Shown: positions 19,887 through 29,281, counted from the first letter of the stretch. The stretch: DNA of 56,826 bases from a virus (IMGVR_UViG_3300042569_001383:88125-144950); one strand, 5' to 3'. A program made the numbers and translations. The notes: generated from the sequence alone by a model not told the origin.

Positions 19887-19995
19887 ACTAGTTCCCCTTA
19901 AATTTTGTTTTTTTGGAAGTAAGATTATTTGTAAATCTTAATAAGAATAAATTGTTTTGTAACGCTATATAAAGAACAAAATAGCGTATTCTAAG

Positions 19996-20004
19996 AATAA
20001 ATAT
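19996..20004 (-). promoter_or_regulatory. Late promoter motif variant ATATTTATT
   Basis: After the bS21 terminator, ~110 nt upstream of the scaffold gene. Confidence 0.6.
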
Positions 20005-20025
20005 AAGCAAGTTTGAAAAAACAGT

Positions 20026-20055
20026 AAAAAAGTCCTAACTTTTTCAGCTAGGACC
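20026..20055 (-). terminator. Intrinsic terminator after bS21
   Basis: Minus strand GTCCTAGCT-GAAAA-AGTTAGGAC then TTTTT. Confidence 0.8.
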
Positions 20056-20077
20056 TTAAAAATAAAAAAATTGCAAT

Positions 20078-20323
20078 TTAATCTCTATGCATATCGCGGA
20101 TTTTCTGAATATATCGCGCTGCATTAAGTTCATCACGACGTTCAACGCAAGGTTTAGTAAAAGTACGAATATCTTTAACTTTTTCTAAAACGCCGGCAGA
20201 TTTCATTTTTCTTTTAAACGTTTTCAATGCGTGCGATAAATCTTCTCGGGTTGTACCTTGAACACTTACTGCTAATGAATTGCCTGGGACAATTGCTTTG
20301 TGTTGTTTTTGTTTTTTACTCAT
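20078..20323 (-). CDS. rpsU: Phage-encoded ribosomal protein bS21
   Basis: VSV.....EDLSHALKTFKRKMKSAGVL...K....FTKPCVERR...AARYIQ matches the bS21 pattern (ALxxFKRK, G, KP..RR). Confidence 0.85.
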   Translation of the reverse strand: MSKKQKQHKAIVPGNSLAVSVQGTTREDLSHALKTFKRKMKSAGVLEKVKDIRTFTKPCVERRDELNAARYIQKIRDMHRD

Positions 20324-20332
20324 ATAACTGTT

Positions 20333-20857
20333 TTAAATTTTACGTATAGGAACTTGTGGATTTGGTGTTGGTTTAGGTTTTGATTCTCCTCTTACTCGAA
20401 ATCTAAATGCTGATAATTCCATTCGTTGTGCAAAATATCCTTGAATGCGTTGTGCATCTTTTGCAGGATCATCGCTTAGTCTAAAATAAAAATATCCATT
20501 TTTACCGTTTTTAGATACAGTACGTTTAATTATTGTGAATCCTTTTTTCTCTGCCCATTGACGAATATCATCTGATACTTGTTTTGCTATAGTTGCATCT
20601 TTAATTGCATATTCTACTCCACCGCGGTATTCGTCGATTCCGTTAACTAGTTTAGCTTCATCAACTAATTCTTCTTCGATATGAATTCTGCCTTTTGTAG
20701 TTTTCAAAATATTTTGTGCTGCTTGAACTTTTTTTGGATCTTTCGCGTCAATTGGAGATAACACAACGTCTTTGCTAGGATCTGCTTTAGTCGACATTGC
20801 CGTTTGTTCAGTTAAACCAAAAAAATCGCGATATAATTTTTTAAATGTATTCATCAT
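20333..20857 (-). CDS. Hypothetical protein, possible internal head protein
   Basis: N-term M(M)NTFKKLYRDFFGLTEQ, a leader ending in L-x-E. Confidence 0.7.
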   Translation of the reverse strand: MMNTFKKLYRDFFGLTEQTAMSTKADPSKDVVLSPIDAKDPKKVQAAQNILKTTKGRIHIEEELVDEAKLVNGIDEYRGGVEYAIKDATIAKQVSDDIRQWAEKKGFTIIKRTVSKNGKNGYFYFRLSDDPAKDAQRIQGYFAQRMELSAFRFRVRGESKPKPTPNPQVPIRKI

Positions 20858-20867
20858 ACTTACCTTT

Positions 20868-20896
20868 ATAATATAAAATTATTTTTAAACATCCAA
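20868..20896 (-). promoter_or_regulatory. Sigma70-like early/middle promoter
   Basis: TTGGAT-N17-TATTAT upstream of the ATG at 20857; would also cover bS21. Confidence 0.65.
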
Positions 20897-20897
20897 A

Positions 20898-21314
20898 TTA
20901 TTGAACATCATAATATTTTTTCAATCCTTCGGAAATGTCTTGGTATGCAGCTTCCATTCTACGTTCGTGAATCATTACTTCGTTTGATGCTTTTTGAAAC
21001 GCTTTTAACGCTTCGTCAATCAATTTCATGTGACGTCCTGCAGCAACTTTTTCTACCATATCATCATCAGATTCACCGATTAATTTAGTAGCAGTCTCAA
21101 CCATTTTAGTTACGCGTTTAACTGTTTCTTGTAATCGTTCTCCACGTGACATAACTATTTCTGACAATTCAGAAAATGTTCGTAACGAGTTTGCAAACTC
21201 ACGTTTATCTTCAACTGTCAGTGGTGCATCTTTTTCACTGAATACTGTTTGCTTTGGTTGTGTTTGTTCACCTAACCAAAGATCTTTAACTATTTGTAAA
21301 TTGCTTTTTGCCAT
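20898..21314 (-). CDS. Hypothetical helical head-associated protein (start moved to 21314)
   Basis: MAKSNLQIVKDLWLGEQ...; the ATG at 21314 lies just after the protease stop; coiled-coil C-terminus. Confidence 0.7.
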   Translation of the reverse strand: MAKSNLQIVKDLWLGEQTQPKQTVFSEKDAPLTVEDKREFANSLRTFSELSEIVMSRGERLQETVKRVTKMVETATKLIGESDDDMVEKVAAGRHMKLIDEALKAFQKASNEVMIHERRMEAAYQDISEGLKKYYDVQ

Positions 21315-21318
21315 TTTG

Positions 21319-21948
21319 TTATATCCTACATTTTCCATCTTCGCATAATATCGAGGTAATGATACCGTTTACGTCTGCGTATTTATTTTTTGTTATATTG
21401 TTATTAACTGATTCTCTTAGGCCCGTAGGCTTCATAAAAGCACCTTGCGTTGAAGGATTTGATACAAAGTCCCAACATATTAATTCAAAATCTTCTTGTA
21501 CTTCAACTGTGCCTTCATTTCTTAATTCTTTGACAGAACCTAATCCGCGAGATGAAATACCTAAAGTAATTCCGGCTTTGAACAATGATTTTAAAATATT
21601 ACCTGATGGTGTATCTAATATTTGAACTGCTCCTAATAAATCATTGCCTTCCCACCATATTTTTAAAATATTATGAGATACATTGTTTAAATTTACCACC
21701 ATCGATTCTGGGTGATCTAATTCTCCTAATGCACGGTGTTGGTCAATATATTCTTGTTGATATTTTTGACATTCACGCATTAATATATGTTTAGGATATA
21801 CGCGTCCGTTTTGATTTTTAGCACCAGCTCGTTGCAATACACCTTTTACAACATATCCACCCGGAATTCCGTATGAATCTCCAGATTGTTCATTCAATGA
21901 CCCAATTGGACGAAATGGCATATATTCTACAATTAATTGTTTTGACAT
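21319..21948 (-). CDS. Prohead maturation protease (T4 gp21-like, peptidase S77)
   Basis: VKGVLQRAGAKNQNGRVYP, ALGELDHPE, VSHNI, GISSRGLGSV, WDFVSNPSTQGAF. Confidence 0.96.
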   Translation of the reverse strand: MSKQLIVEYMPFRPIGSLNEQSGDSYGIPGGYVVKGVLQRAGAKNQNGRVYPKHILMRECQKYQQEYIDQHRALGELDHPESMVVNLNNVSHNILKIWWEGNDLLGAVQILDTPSGNILKSLFKAGITLGISSRGLGSVKELRNEGTVEVQEDFELICWDFVSNPSTQGAFMKPTGLRESVNNNITKNKYADVNGIITSILCEDGKCRI

Positions 21949-21949
21949 A

Positions 21950-22681
21950 TTACTCCCCTAATGCTCTTACTCGTTCTGATATTTTAATTAATCGTTCTGA
22001 TATTTTGTTTAATGCACGTGTCGTCGATGGTCCGTAATTTGAAGATGTAACTCCCGATTCAGTTTTTAATTTAGAATTGTAACCTACCAACGTTTCGATT
22101 TCACGCAATTTCATTGCAATTTCTTGTATTGTACGTTTAACTTTGGTTGATGGTTTATCATCTCCTTGTTTAAAATTACGATATGATTCGATAAGTTGTT
22201 CGTATTTAGAATCCATTGCTTCGTGTATTTTGTTTGTTTTATTTTTAACGCCGGACCAATCATATTCAACATGAGTTGTTTCTTGTACATGTGCCGGACG
22301 ATCGTCGTATTTTTTATATGTTTTTAATAATGGTTGCGTCGGATAATTAAATTTTCCATGTTGCCATGCATTATCATTATCTGCAAATGGAAATTTATCT
22401 ACATATTCTTCTTCTGCAGATTCTGGACGTTGATATTTCCCATATTGATAAGTTGGTGGCGTATTAACTGATTCACGAACTCGTTTCATGCCTAATACTT
22501 CTACCGTATCATCATCTGCTTTAGAAAATGCATTTGGTGTCATGTAACCGGCAACTCCCGCAGATGTGGATGCCTCTTCCAATTCATCCTCTTGTTGATT
22601 GTTTGCAATATCATCTATGATGTCATTGGTTTGATCAACTGCTTCGAATGCTTCTTCTATTTGTTGCAAAAACGTTTTCAT
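21950..22681 (-). CDS. Putative internal head protein
   Basis: Starts MKTFLQQIEE (capsid-targeting-like), has several hydrophobic-x-E sites and a coiled-coil C-terminus; lies between portal and protease. Confidence 0.65.
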   Translation of the reverse strand: MKTFLQQIEEAFEAVDQTNDIIDDIANNQQEDELEEASTSAGVAGYMTPNAFSKADDDTVEVLGMKRVRESVNTPPTYQYGKYQRPESAEEEYVDKFPFADNDNAWQHGKFNYPTQPLLKTYKKYDDRPAHVQETTHVEYDWSGVKNKTNKIHEAMDSKYEQLIESYRNFKQGDDKPSTKVKRTIQEIAMKLREIETLVGYNSKLKTESGVTSSNYGPSTTRALNKISERLIKISERVRALGE

Positions 22682-23532
22682 TTATGTATCTCATTTAATT
22701 CGTCAACTAAATCCATGTATCGCATTAGATTCAATATATGTGATTCTTTTATTTTTTTTATCGTTTCCACATTACATAGCATTTCCGACAATTGTTCAAC
22801 TTTAATTTTAACAACTGCATCATCGATATGTTTAACATGTTCTGCTAAACGTTTTTTTATTTTAGGAATTACTTGTTGAACATATTCGCGAAGTGCCTCT
22901 GTGTCATTAACGTGTGTAATGTATTTGTTTAATAGTTGTTTTTGTGATTCTGATAAAACTTCGGAATACGTGCTATTAAATTTATCAACTAAAATTTTAT
23001 ATGTTAACAGTCTAACGTCTTTATCTTGTTTAGAAAACGATTCCATTACTAAATCTTTTGCTTCAACAACTTGTTTTTTCGGCAACGCATGTTCCAACAA
23101 AACGTTCTTGCATTGCATTAATTGTTTTGGATTATCAGTTTCCGTATATTCGAACAACATGTAAATTGATGCCAATTCTTTGTAATTATTAATATGTATT
23201 TTAGACATATTTTCAAAGACAAAATTTTCAGATATTTCTTTAACTAAATTGTATTTTTGGCGATTCAAAACAGTTTGATTTAATTTTGCATGTGCATCTT
23301 TAACAGTACGAATAAAGTCTAACGCACGTGCTTCAGATTTATGATGTTCTTTAATTAATGCATTGTACAATTGCAATTCTTTTGATAATTCAGTATTACG
23401 TCCGAAATATTTTTTAATAATATCAATTGTTACTGATTTATCAGATGTTAACGTTTCGGAAGTTAATTTTCTAACTAACATTTCAAATAGAATGCCGGTG
23501 TTTTTGTATTTTGAATGTTTTAATTTTTTCAT
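22678..23532 (-). CDS. Head-assembly-region hypothetical protein
   Basis: MKKLKHSKYKNTGILFEMLVR..., all-helical, directly downstream of the portal gene. Confidence 0.7.
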   Translation of the reverse strand: MKKLKHSKYKNTGILFEMLVRKLTSETLTSDKSVTIDIIKKYFGRNTELSKELQLYNALIKEHHKSEARALDFIRTVKDAHAKLNQTVLNRQKYNLVKEISENFVFENMSKIHINNYKELASIYMLFEYTETDNPKQLMQCKNVLLEHALPKKQVVEAKDLVMESFSKQDKDVRLLTYKILVDKFNSTYSEVLSESQKQLLNKYITHVNDTEALREYVQQVIPKIKKRLAEHVKHIDDAVVKIKVEQLSEMLCNVETIKKIKESHILNLMRYMDLVDELNEIHK

Positions 23533-23552
23533 ATCGATGTGATACTTTTTTA

Positions 23553-23561
23553 AATAAATAT
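23553..23561 (-). promoter_or_regulatory. Late promoter motif variant ATATTTATT
   Basis: Between portal stop and next ATG. Confidence 0.6.
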
Positions 23562-23562
23562 G

Positions 23563-25398
23563 TTATAAAATATTATTTTCATCTAATAATGTCCCAGAGT
23601 CATTATCAGTAGGTTTATTAGTTGTTATTGATTCTAATATCATTTTATTGGTTTTTTTGTATTTTGAACCATTCAATGTTTTTATAACATTTTCGTACGC
23701 AACATCTAATTTACGTTCACGTCTCGGATTAGGTAAAAATGCAGTTTTTTGATTTTCAGTATCAAATGCTTGGTCTATTTCTTTTTTACCGGTAGGATCC
23801 CATCCAAACGCGTTTTTGTGTTGTCCAAATTTAATTCCTTCTTTAGGACGTCCGCCTGGATCTTTTTGTTCAACATCATCCGAACTCATATGCATTGATG
23901 CTAAATCGTGAGGTGTTCCATATGACGTACCAGTTACTGCTGGATCATTTCCTTCTTGTTCAAGTTGATTTTGACGGAAACGAAGTTTTAAATCTTCAAT
24001 AACATTTGTACGTTCTGCTAACCATTGTTCTTCTGACATATTGAATATGAATTCATATATGTATTTGTCTGAAACTAGTTTTGAATCTTTCATTGCCGTT
24101 GCTAATGTCATTTTTTCTGTCATTAATGCAATTTTTTGTTGATCATAAACTATAGATGGCGCCGTTAATTGCAATTCAAATCCAATTAAATCTTCATCAT
24201 CAAATCCTTGTGCATATAAATGTATAATGGCTATTTTATACAATTCAGATGTAACAATTTTTTGTATGCGTTCAATTGTTCTTGCAAAACGAATATCCAT
24301 TGATGCTAATGTAGTTTTTCCTTCAACAGCTTCAGCATATCCTAAAAATGGTTTAGGAATCTTAAGTGCAGCCATCATTTTGTCTTTAACATAATTGATG
24401 TCATCAATTCCTGTAAATGTCATACCAGGAAGTGTATCAATTGCAGTTGAAGATTGTCCACCACGTACTGGCAAATAATAATCTTCTAACATGTTGTTCA
24501 AGTTAAATTTAAGATTATAATTTCCTGTATTTGGATCTACGTGTGGAATTTTTTTCATTTTATTGATAACTGCTTCCATGAATGAATCAACTTCATTAGG
24601 AGGTATATTACCAATATCAATTTTAAATATGCGTTTTTCTGGTGCACGCATTATACGATGTATAAGCATCGCATCCTCTAACATTGTTAATTTTTGAAAT
24701 TCTTTTCTTGCGCCTTCCAACATAGACTTACCGTACGGTAAAAAGTTTGAATCTGACAACATACGGAAATGTGCTACTTCAAACACATCATACATTAAAT
24801 TAGGACTAGATGCATGTCGAAATTTAATTTTATATTCGCCAGTTTCTTCATCAAATTCTTCCCAACGTTCAACTTCGTAACTAGAAAATGGACGTGCGTT
24901 AATAACTCCCAATTCGTTTGCAATGTCTAACTTTAAAAAGAAATCTCCGTATTTAGTTATGTTGCGAATCCATGGCCATAAATTAAATTCAATGTTCAAT
25001 ACATCGTAAAATAAATTGTAAAGAATTTTTTGTATGTTAGATTTGTTGGTTTTGATAGTTAAAATATCACCAAATTGGTCTTCCAATGTAGATTCATCTG
25101 CATATATATCTAATGCTGCACTGATAATAGGATCTTTATCCATCATTTCGTAATCAGTGTATAACTGCATACGATTTTGGTGCATATAATAATTAGAATC
25201 ATATCCACCCATTCCGCCAACACGATGGCGATTTGATCCATGCAATCTTGTATATCGGTCTGCTACTTTTGTTTGATTCAAGTTACCGGAAGATTGTAAA
25301 CGGTTTGTATCTACAATTTTAAGTTGATCTTTTCCAAACGTACGTACTATAACATTCGTAGCAAATAGATTCTGTAATCGTTTTCTTAATGATGCCAT
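23563..25398 (-). CDS. Portal protein (T4 gp20-like)
   Basis: YEMMDKDPIISAALDIYADE, LEDAMLIHRIMRAPEKRIFKIDIGNIP, EDYYLPVRGG...TAIDTLPG, ALKIPK. Confidence 0.97.
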   Translation of the reverse strand: MASLRKRLQNLFATNVIVRTFGKDQLKIVDTNRLQSSGNLNQTKVADRYTRLHGSNRHRVGGMGGYDSNYYMHQNRMQLYTDYEMMDKDPIISAALDIYADESTLEDQFGDILTIKTNKSNIQKILYNLFYDVLNIEFNLWPWIRNITKYGDFFLKLDIANELGVINARPFSSYEVERWEEFDEETGEYKIKFRHASSPNLMYDVFEVAHFRMLSDSNFLPYGKSMLEGARKEFQKLTMLEDAMLIHRIMRAPEKRIFKIDIGNIPPNEVDSFMEAVINKMKKIPHVDPNTGNYNLKFNLNNMLEDYYLPVRGGQSSTAIDTLPGMTFTGIDDINYVKDKMMAALKIPKPFLGYAEAVEGKTTLASMDIRFARTIERIQKIVTSELYKIAIIHLYAQGFDDEDLIGFELQLTAPSIVYDQQKIALMTEKMTLATAMKDSKLVSDKYIYEFIFNMSEEQWLAERTNVIEDLKLRFRQNQLEQEGNDPAVTGTSYGTPHDLASMHMSSDDVEQKDPGGRPKEGIKFGQHKNAFGWDPTGKKEIDQAFDTENQKTAFLPNPRRERKLDVAYENVIKTLNGSKYKKTNKMILESITTNKPTDNDSGTLLDENNIL

Positions 25399-25411
25399 AT
25401 ATTTTTTTTAA

Positions 25412-25420
25412 TATAAATAT
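25412..25420 (-). promoter_or_regulatory. Late promoter motif ATATTTATA
   Basis: Upstream of portal gene. Confidence 0.7.
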
Positions 25421-25444
25421 AGGTAAATACAGATCTACCATGGT

Positions 25445-27022
25445 TTACAACAACCAAGTTAAACTTTCATCAGTTGAACCATTATTCCAAGTCCAACCCG
25501 TATCTTGACGTCGTTGGTTGTTTGTGTATATAACTGGGTCTGTTTTCGTAAAATTTGAGATTGCTCGTTTATTCAACTCAATTCCTTGTTGTCGTAATTT
25601 TAATGTAGAATCGCGTAACCATAATCCAATACAAAATGACATTACTAAATCGTCATTATATCCTTGTTGTGATTGTGCTTTACCATTAAGCCAAATAAAT
25701 ACTAGCAATTCTTGTATTAATCGTTTACTGCGAATCACCGGAGTTTTTTCTCGCATATACATTTCTAAAGCTGATATCATTAATGGACGAGTACGTGTTG
25801 AAGTCGTAACACCGGGAACCATTTGTGTTTTATCTTTCATATCATAACCTTTTTTCAATTGCACATCTGCATCCGTATATCCATCGTCGCGGTATGTGTA
25901 ATGTAGGTTTTGATATCCTCGATCAATTGCTGGTTGAATTGCGGCCCAACCAATATTGGCATTTTCAATTGCTAGTAATGCATTGTTCCATTCCGTTGCA
26001 ACTGTAACTAACATGTTACCGTATTCATTTGGCGGAATTTTTCCCTTGTACTCAGCAACTTGTTTTACGTCTTGTACATCGAATACGTGGAATGCAGAAT
26101 AATCACCACCATCGCCGCGTGCGACGTCAGCCACTACTAAATAATCGCGTGAATAGTCTGGATATTCCCATACCCAATAATTTCCGTCGAAGCCGCGTCT
26201 TTCAATTGGATCGATGCATTTTGATTCATATTCTAGCAATAATGGACCATCGACAACAGTATGTCCTGAACTTACAAAGTCACAATCACATTCTTGTGCT
26301 GCTCCACGTTCTCCAAGCAAACGTGTTTGTTCGTCACGCCAATCTTGATCGCGTTCTGGATGAACTGTCCAATGCAATTTAATTGTATGGAATCCGTTTA
26401 TGTCAGCTTCAGCATCAGCCCATGTTTGATGAAACCAATTACCAACACCGTTTGGAGTTGATAATACAATTGCACCCCCACCCGTAGATAATGTTGCTTG
26501 CGATGCTATCCATATTTCTTCAATGTTACGAATAAATGCAGCCTCATCAACTATTAATAGTGACAATGCTTCTGAACGTGCTCCCGTACCAGCAGATGAA
26601 ACTGCTTTAATTTGCGAACCGTTTTTAAATTTTAAAGATAATTTATTATCAGCTTCAACCGTACCTTTCAGCCAAGTTGGCAAGTTATCGTGCATTACAC
26701 GAACTTTTGTTACCAAGTTTTTTGCTACCTCTTGTGTTGTAGCAATAACTAATACGTTGAAATCTTCATTGAATAACATGCTCCATAATGCAAATCCAGC
26801 TGCTAATGTTGATATACCTAACTGACGTGATTTCAATATAACATTGTATCGATTATCACGTAATTCCGTTAATGAATCTTCCTGGAATGGAAACAAATTA
26901 AACTTAATTTTTCCACGTTTAGGATGTTGGATATAACAATAATTTCGCATAAAAAATACAGGATCTTTAGCACACATCATGTACTGTTGCTGTATTATTT
27001 GTTTTATTGTTGGTTGAGACAT
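25445..27022 (-). CDS. Terminase large subunit (T4 gp17-like)
   Basis: Walker A LKSRQLGIST, Walker B LLIVDEAAF, STPNGVGNWF, nuclease DVARGDGGDYSA and DDLVMS. Confidence 0.97.
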   Translation of the reverse strand: MSQPTIKQIIQQQYMMCAKDPVFFMRNYCYIQHPKRGKIKFNLFPFQEDSLTELRDNRYNVILKSRQLGISTLAAGFALWSMLFNEDFNVLVIATTQEVAKNLVTKVRVMHDNLPTWLKGTVEADNKLSLKFKNGSQIKAVSSAGTGARSEALSLLIVDEAAFIRNIEEIWIASQATLSTGGGAIVLSTPNGVGNWFHQTWADAEADINGFHTIKLHWTVHPERDQDWRDEQTRLLGERGAAQECDCDFVSSGHTVVDGPLLLEYESKCIDPIERRGFDGNYWVWEYPDYSRDYLVVADVARGDGGDYSAFHVFDVQDVKQVAEYKGKIPPNEYGNMLVTVATEWNNALLAIENANIGWAAIQPAIDRGYQNLHYTYRDDGYTDADVQLKKGYDMKDKTQMVPGVTTSTRTRPLMISALEMYMREKTPVIRSKRLIQELLVFIWLNGKAQSQQGYNDDLVMSFCIGLWLRDSTLKLRQQGIELNKRAISNFTKTDPVIYTNNQRRQDTGWTWNNGSTDESLTWLL

Positions 27023-27023
27023 A

Positions 27024-27404
27024 TTATTTCGTTAGTTGATTGATTAATATTCCAGATCCAATTGTTGTTAATATTCCGGAAAAAAACCAAATATTTTTAT
27101 TATCGTACCACTTAGGCTGTAATCGTTTTTCTCGTTCAACATAAGTGTCAATATTTTTTTGTAGTAGTAAAACTTGTTGTTGTTGCAATGCAATTTGTAT
27201 CGAATCTAAATAAATAAGACTACGTTGTTTTTTTATTATTGATTCTTGTTGCGAAATTATTTTGTTGTTTATTGCATCAAGTTCCCATAGTGAATCAAGC
27301 GTAGTCGATATACTAAATAATTCTTGTGTAGTAAAACATGTATCTGGAATTGTTTGTGTTAAACTATAGAATGGAAACAACAATATTACGATTAAATGTT
27401 TCAT
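27024..27404 (-). CDS. Exported coiled-coil protein with C-terminal TM helix (spanin-like partner)
   Basis: Signal peptide MKHLIVILLFPFYSLT-Q, heptad helix, C-terminal IWFFSGILTTIGSGILI. Confidence 0.6.
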   Translation of the reverse strand: MKHLIVILLFPFYSLTQTIPDTCFTTQELFSISTTLDSLWELDAINNKIISQQESIIKKQRSLIYLDSIQIALQQQQVLLLQKNIDTYVEREKRLQPKWYDNKNIWFFSGILTTIGSGILINQLTK

Positions 27405-27405
27405 G

Positions 27406-27741
27406 TTATTTTTTATTCTTGTTTGTTTTACTTAGTATGTTTTGTTTAGCTTGTTTAGCCGTTTTAGGTTTTTCAGTTTTAATTGTTTCTTTTGCTGTTT
27501 CTAAAACTTCTAATTCTTTTTCTGATTGTTTAATATCAGTTTTAATATCTTGTTTTTGTTCTTCAATTGCTTCAACTTTACCTGTTATGATATCAACTTG
27601 TTGTTTGTTATTATCAATTTGTTTGTCTAAATTGTCAAGCTGTTTTTCATTGGATTTTTTATTGCTAGCAATTAATATGCCAACGAACGCAACAATTGCA
27701 CCGACAATAATTGCCCAATATTTTTTAACAAACTTCTTCAT
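27406..27741 (-). CDS. i-spanin-like protein (N-terminal TM plus coiled coil)
   Basis: KKFVKKY-WAIIVGAIVAFVGILIA followed by a long K/E/Q coiled coil. Confidence 0.6.
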   Translation of the reverse strand: MKKFVKKYWAIIVGAIVAFVGILIASNKKSNEKQLDNLDKQIDNNKQQVDIITGKVEAIEEQKQDIKTDIKQSEKELEVLETAKETIKTEKPKTAKQAKQNILSKTNKNKK

Positions 27742-28381
27742 CTTGTTTTCCTTCTAATCGTTTTAAAAAATTTTCTTTGAATATATCGAATTGTTTCTGT
27801 ACAGTTTCTTCAAATTCTTCCGGAGTCATTTTCGCAGTCCATGTTTCTTTTTCTCCTGCAGAATTAGTAACAAATTGTGCTGCGGTTGTATATGCTTCTT
27901 TTAACATTTCAACATCGCGTTCTGCAGTTGCTAACCACGCTAATGCATTTTCTCGAATTTTATTTTTTTCGTATGAATCATATTCACCGGATTTTTTTAG
28001 TTCATGTTCCATTTCAATAGTGCAATCTAAGCACATGCCATGAATCTTTTGCATTTTTTGGTCTATACGATTTTTGCCAGAACATGTACATGTTTCTTTG
28101 CGACAATTGGGAAATGATCTTAGATCATCTCGTACTGATTGCAATACGTCGGTACTTTTTGTTTTCTTGATACGGAAACCGTCGTGCTGTTCAATAATGT
28201 GAACGAATCCCGTTTTTGGATCAGTTTCTTCCCAAACGTCTCCGATTTCATGACGTTCTGATTTACGTGCCATATCAGCCGTATCAGAGAATCCAATCGT
28301 TTTTTTGGTTTGAAACTTGTGAGTGCCGTCTATCATTTGTTGTACGGCTTTTATGTTTTGTAACTTGTTAGAATTTGACAT
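27725..28381 (-). CDS. Hypothetical Cys-rich protein, possibly zinc-binding
   Basis: PNCRKETCTC...HGMCLDC. Confidence 0.7.
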   Translation of the reverse strand: MSNSNKLQNIKAVQQMIDGTHKFQTKKTIGFSDTADMARKSERHEIGDVWEETDPKTGFVHIIEQHDGFRIKKTKSTDVLQSVRDDLRSFPNCRKETCTCSGKNRIDQKMQKIHGMCLDCTIEMEHELKKSGEYDSYEKNKIRENALAWLATAERDVEMLKEAYTTAAQFVTNSAGEKETWTAKMTPEEFEETVQKQFDIFKENFLKRLEGKQDEEVC

Positions 28382-28384
28382 ATA

Positions 28385-29281
28385 TTATTCTGTTTCTGAT
28401 TCTGTTTCTTTTGGTTGAGTTGATTTTATTTTGCTTAAACGACGTAAAATCATAATTTTTGCAATTCTTAAATCTTTGCTATCTAAATTTCCTAATGCAT
28501 TAGCTAATGGCTCGAATCCAGTATCAACTAAACTGTTAGGTCCGGATTGATCTGACAATGTTTCTTGCCAATATTTCAATGCAATTTTTTGTTTTGCTAA
28601 TTTTTCTTTTGCTTTATCTTCAGGTGTTGCTGTATCTGTTTCATCGCTTGGTTCAGTAACAGTAGCATCTGTTGGTGTATCAGTTGCTGGAGCAGTTGCG
28701 TCTGTAGGTGGCGTTGCAGGTGCAGCAGTATCTACCGGTGGAGTTGCCGGTGCTGTCATATCTGGCGCTGCCGTTGGATCTGTTGGCATAGCTGGTGCTG
28801 CTGGATCTGGTGTAGTAGCATCCGGTGCCGGTTCTGCATTTGGGTCTTCTACTGCATTTGGATCTTCTTGTTCTTCTTGTTCTATTAAACGTTTAACAAT
28901 AGTACGACGTACATATTCTCTAATTAAACGAGTACGTTGTTCTAATGTAAGATTTTCAACTTTATCTTTAATAGAATCTTTAGATTTTTTTGTTTCAGCG
29001 TCTTCGCGTTTCTTTAAACGTTTTGCTGCAATTTTAGGATCATATTCACCGGCTTCTAAATCTTTATAAAGACGATCATCCGCATCATATTTTGGAAACA
29101 TTTTACCGTCATCTTGAACAGCTTTATCTGTTTTACGTAATACGTTAAGTTGTTTATCGCCAGTTGTTTTAGGATTCAATTTACCATCTTTATCATCGTG
29201 TGTATAATCTTTTAAATCTTTACGATAAGTTGGTTTTTTGTTTTCCGGTTTTTTGTATTTACTTTTGTGCTTTTCTGCCAT
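28385..29281 (-). CDS. Putative internal head protein with Pro/Ala/Thr-rich linker
   Basis: Basic N-terminus, RLIEQ junction, repeated PATP/DPTA low-complexity tract. Confidence 0.65.
   Translation of the reverse strand: MAEKHKSKYKKPENKKPTYRKDLKDYTHDDKDGKLNPKTTGDKQLNVLRKTDKAVQDDGKMFPKYDADDRLYKDLEAGEYDPKIAAKRLKKREDAETKKSKDSIKDKVENLTLEQRTRLIREYVRRTIVKRLIEQEEQEDPNAVEDPNAEPAPDATTPDPAAPAMPTDPTAAPDMTAPATPPVDTAAPATPPTDATAPATDTPTDATVTEPSDETDTATPEDKAKEKLAKQKIALKYWQETLSDQSGPNSLVDTGFEPLANALGNLDSKDLRIAKIMILRRLSKIKSTQPKETESETE

Noticed and set aside
17159-27022. Introns, inteins or homing endonucleases in capsid, portal or terminase genes
   Set aside because: The genes are continuous, of expected size, and show no splicing or LAGLIDADG/HNH motifs
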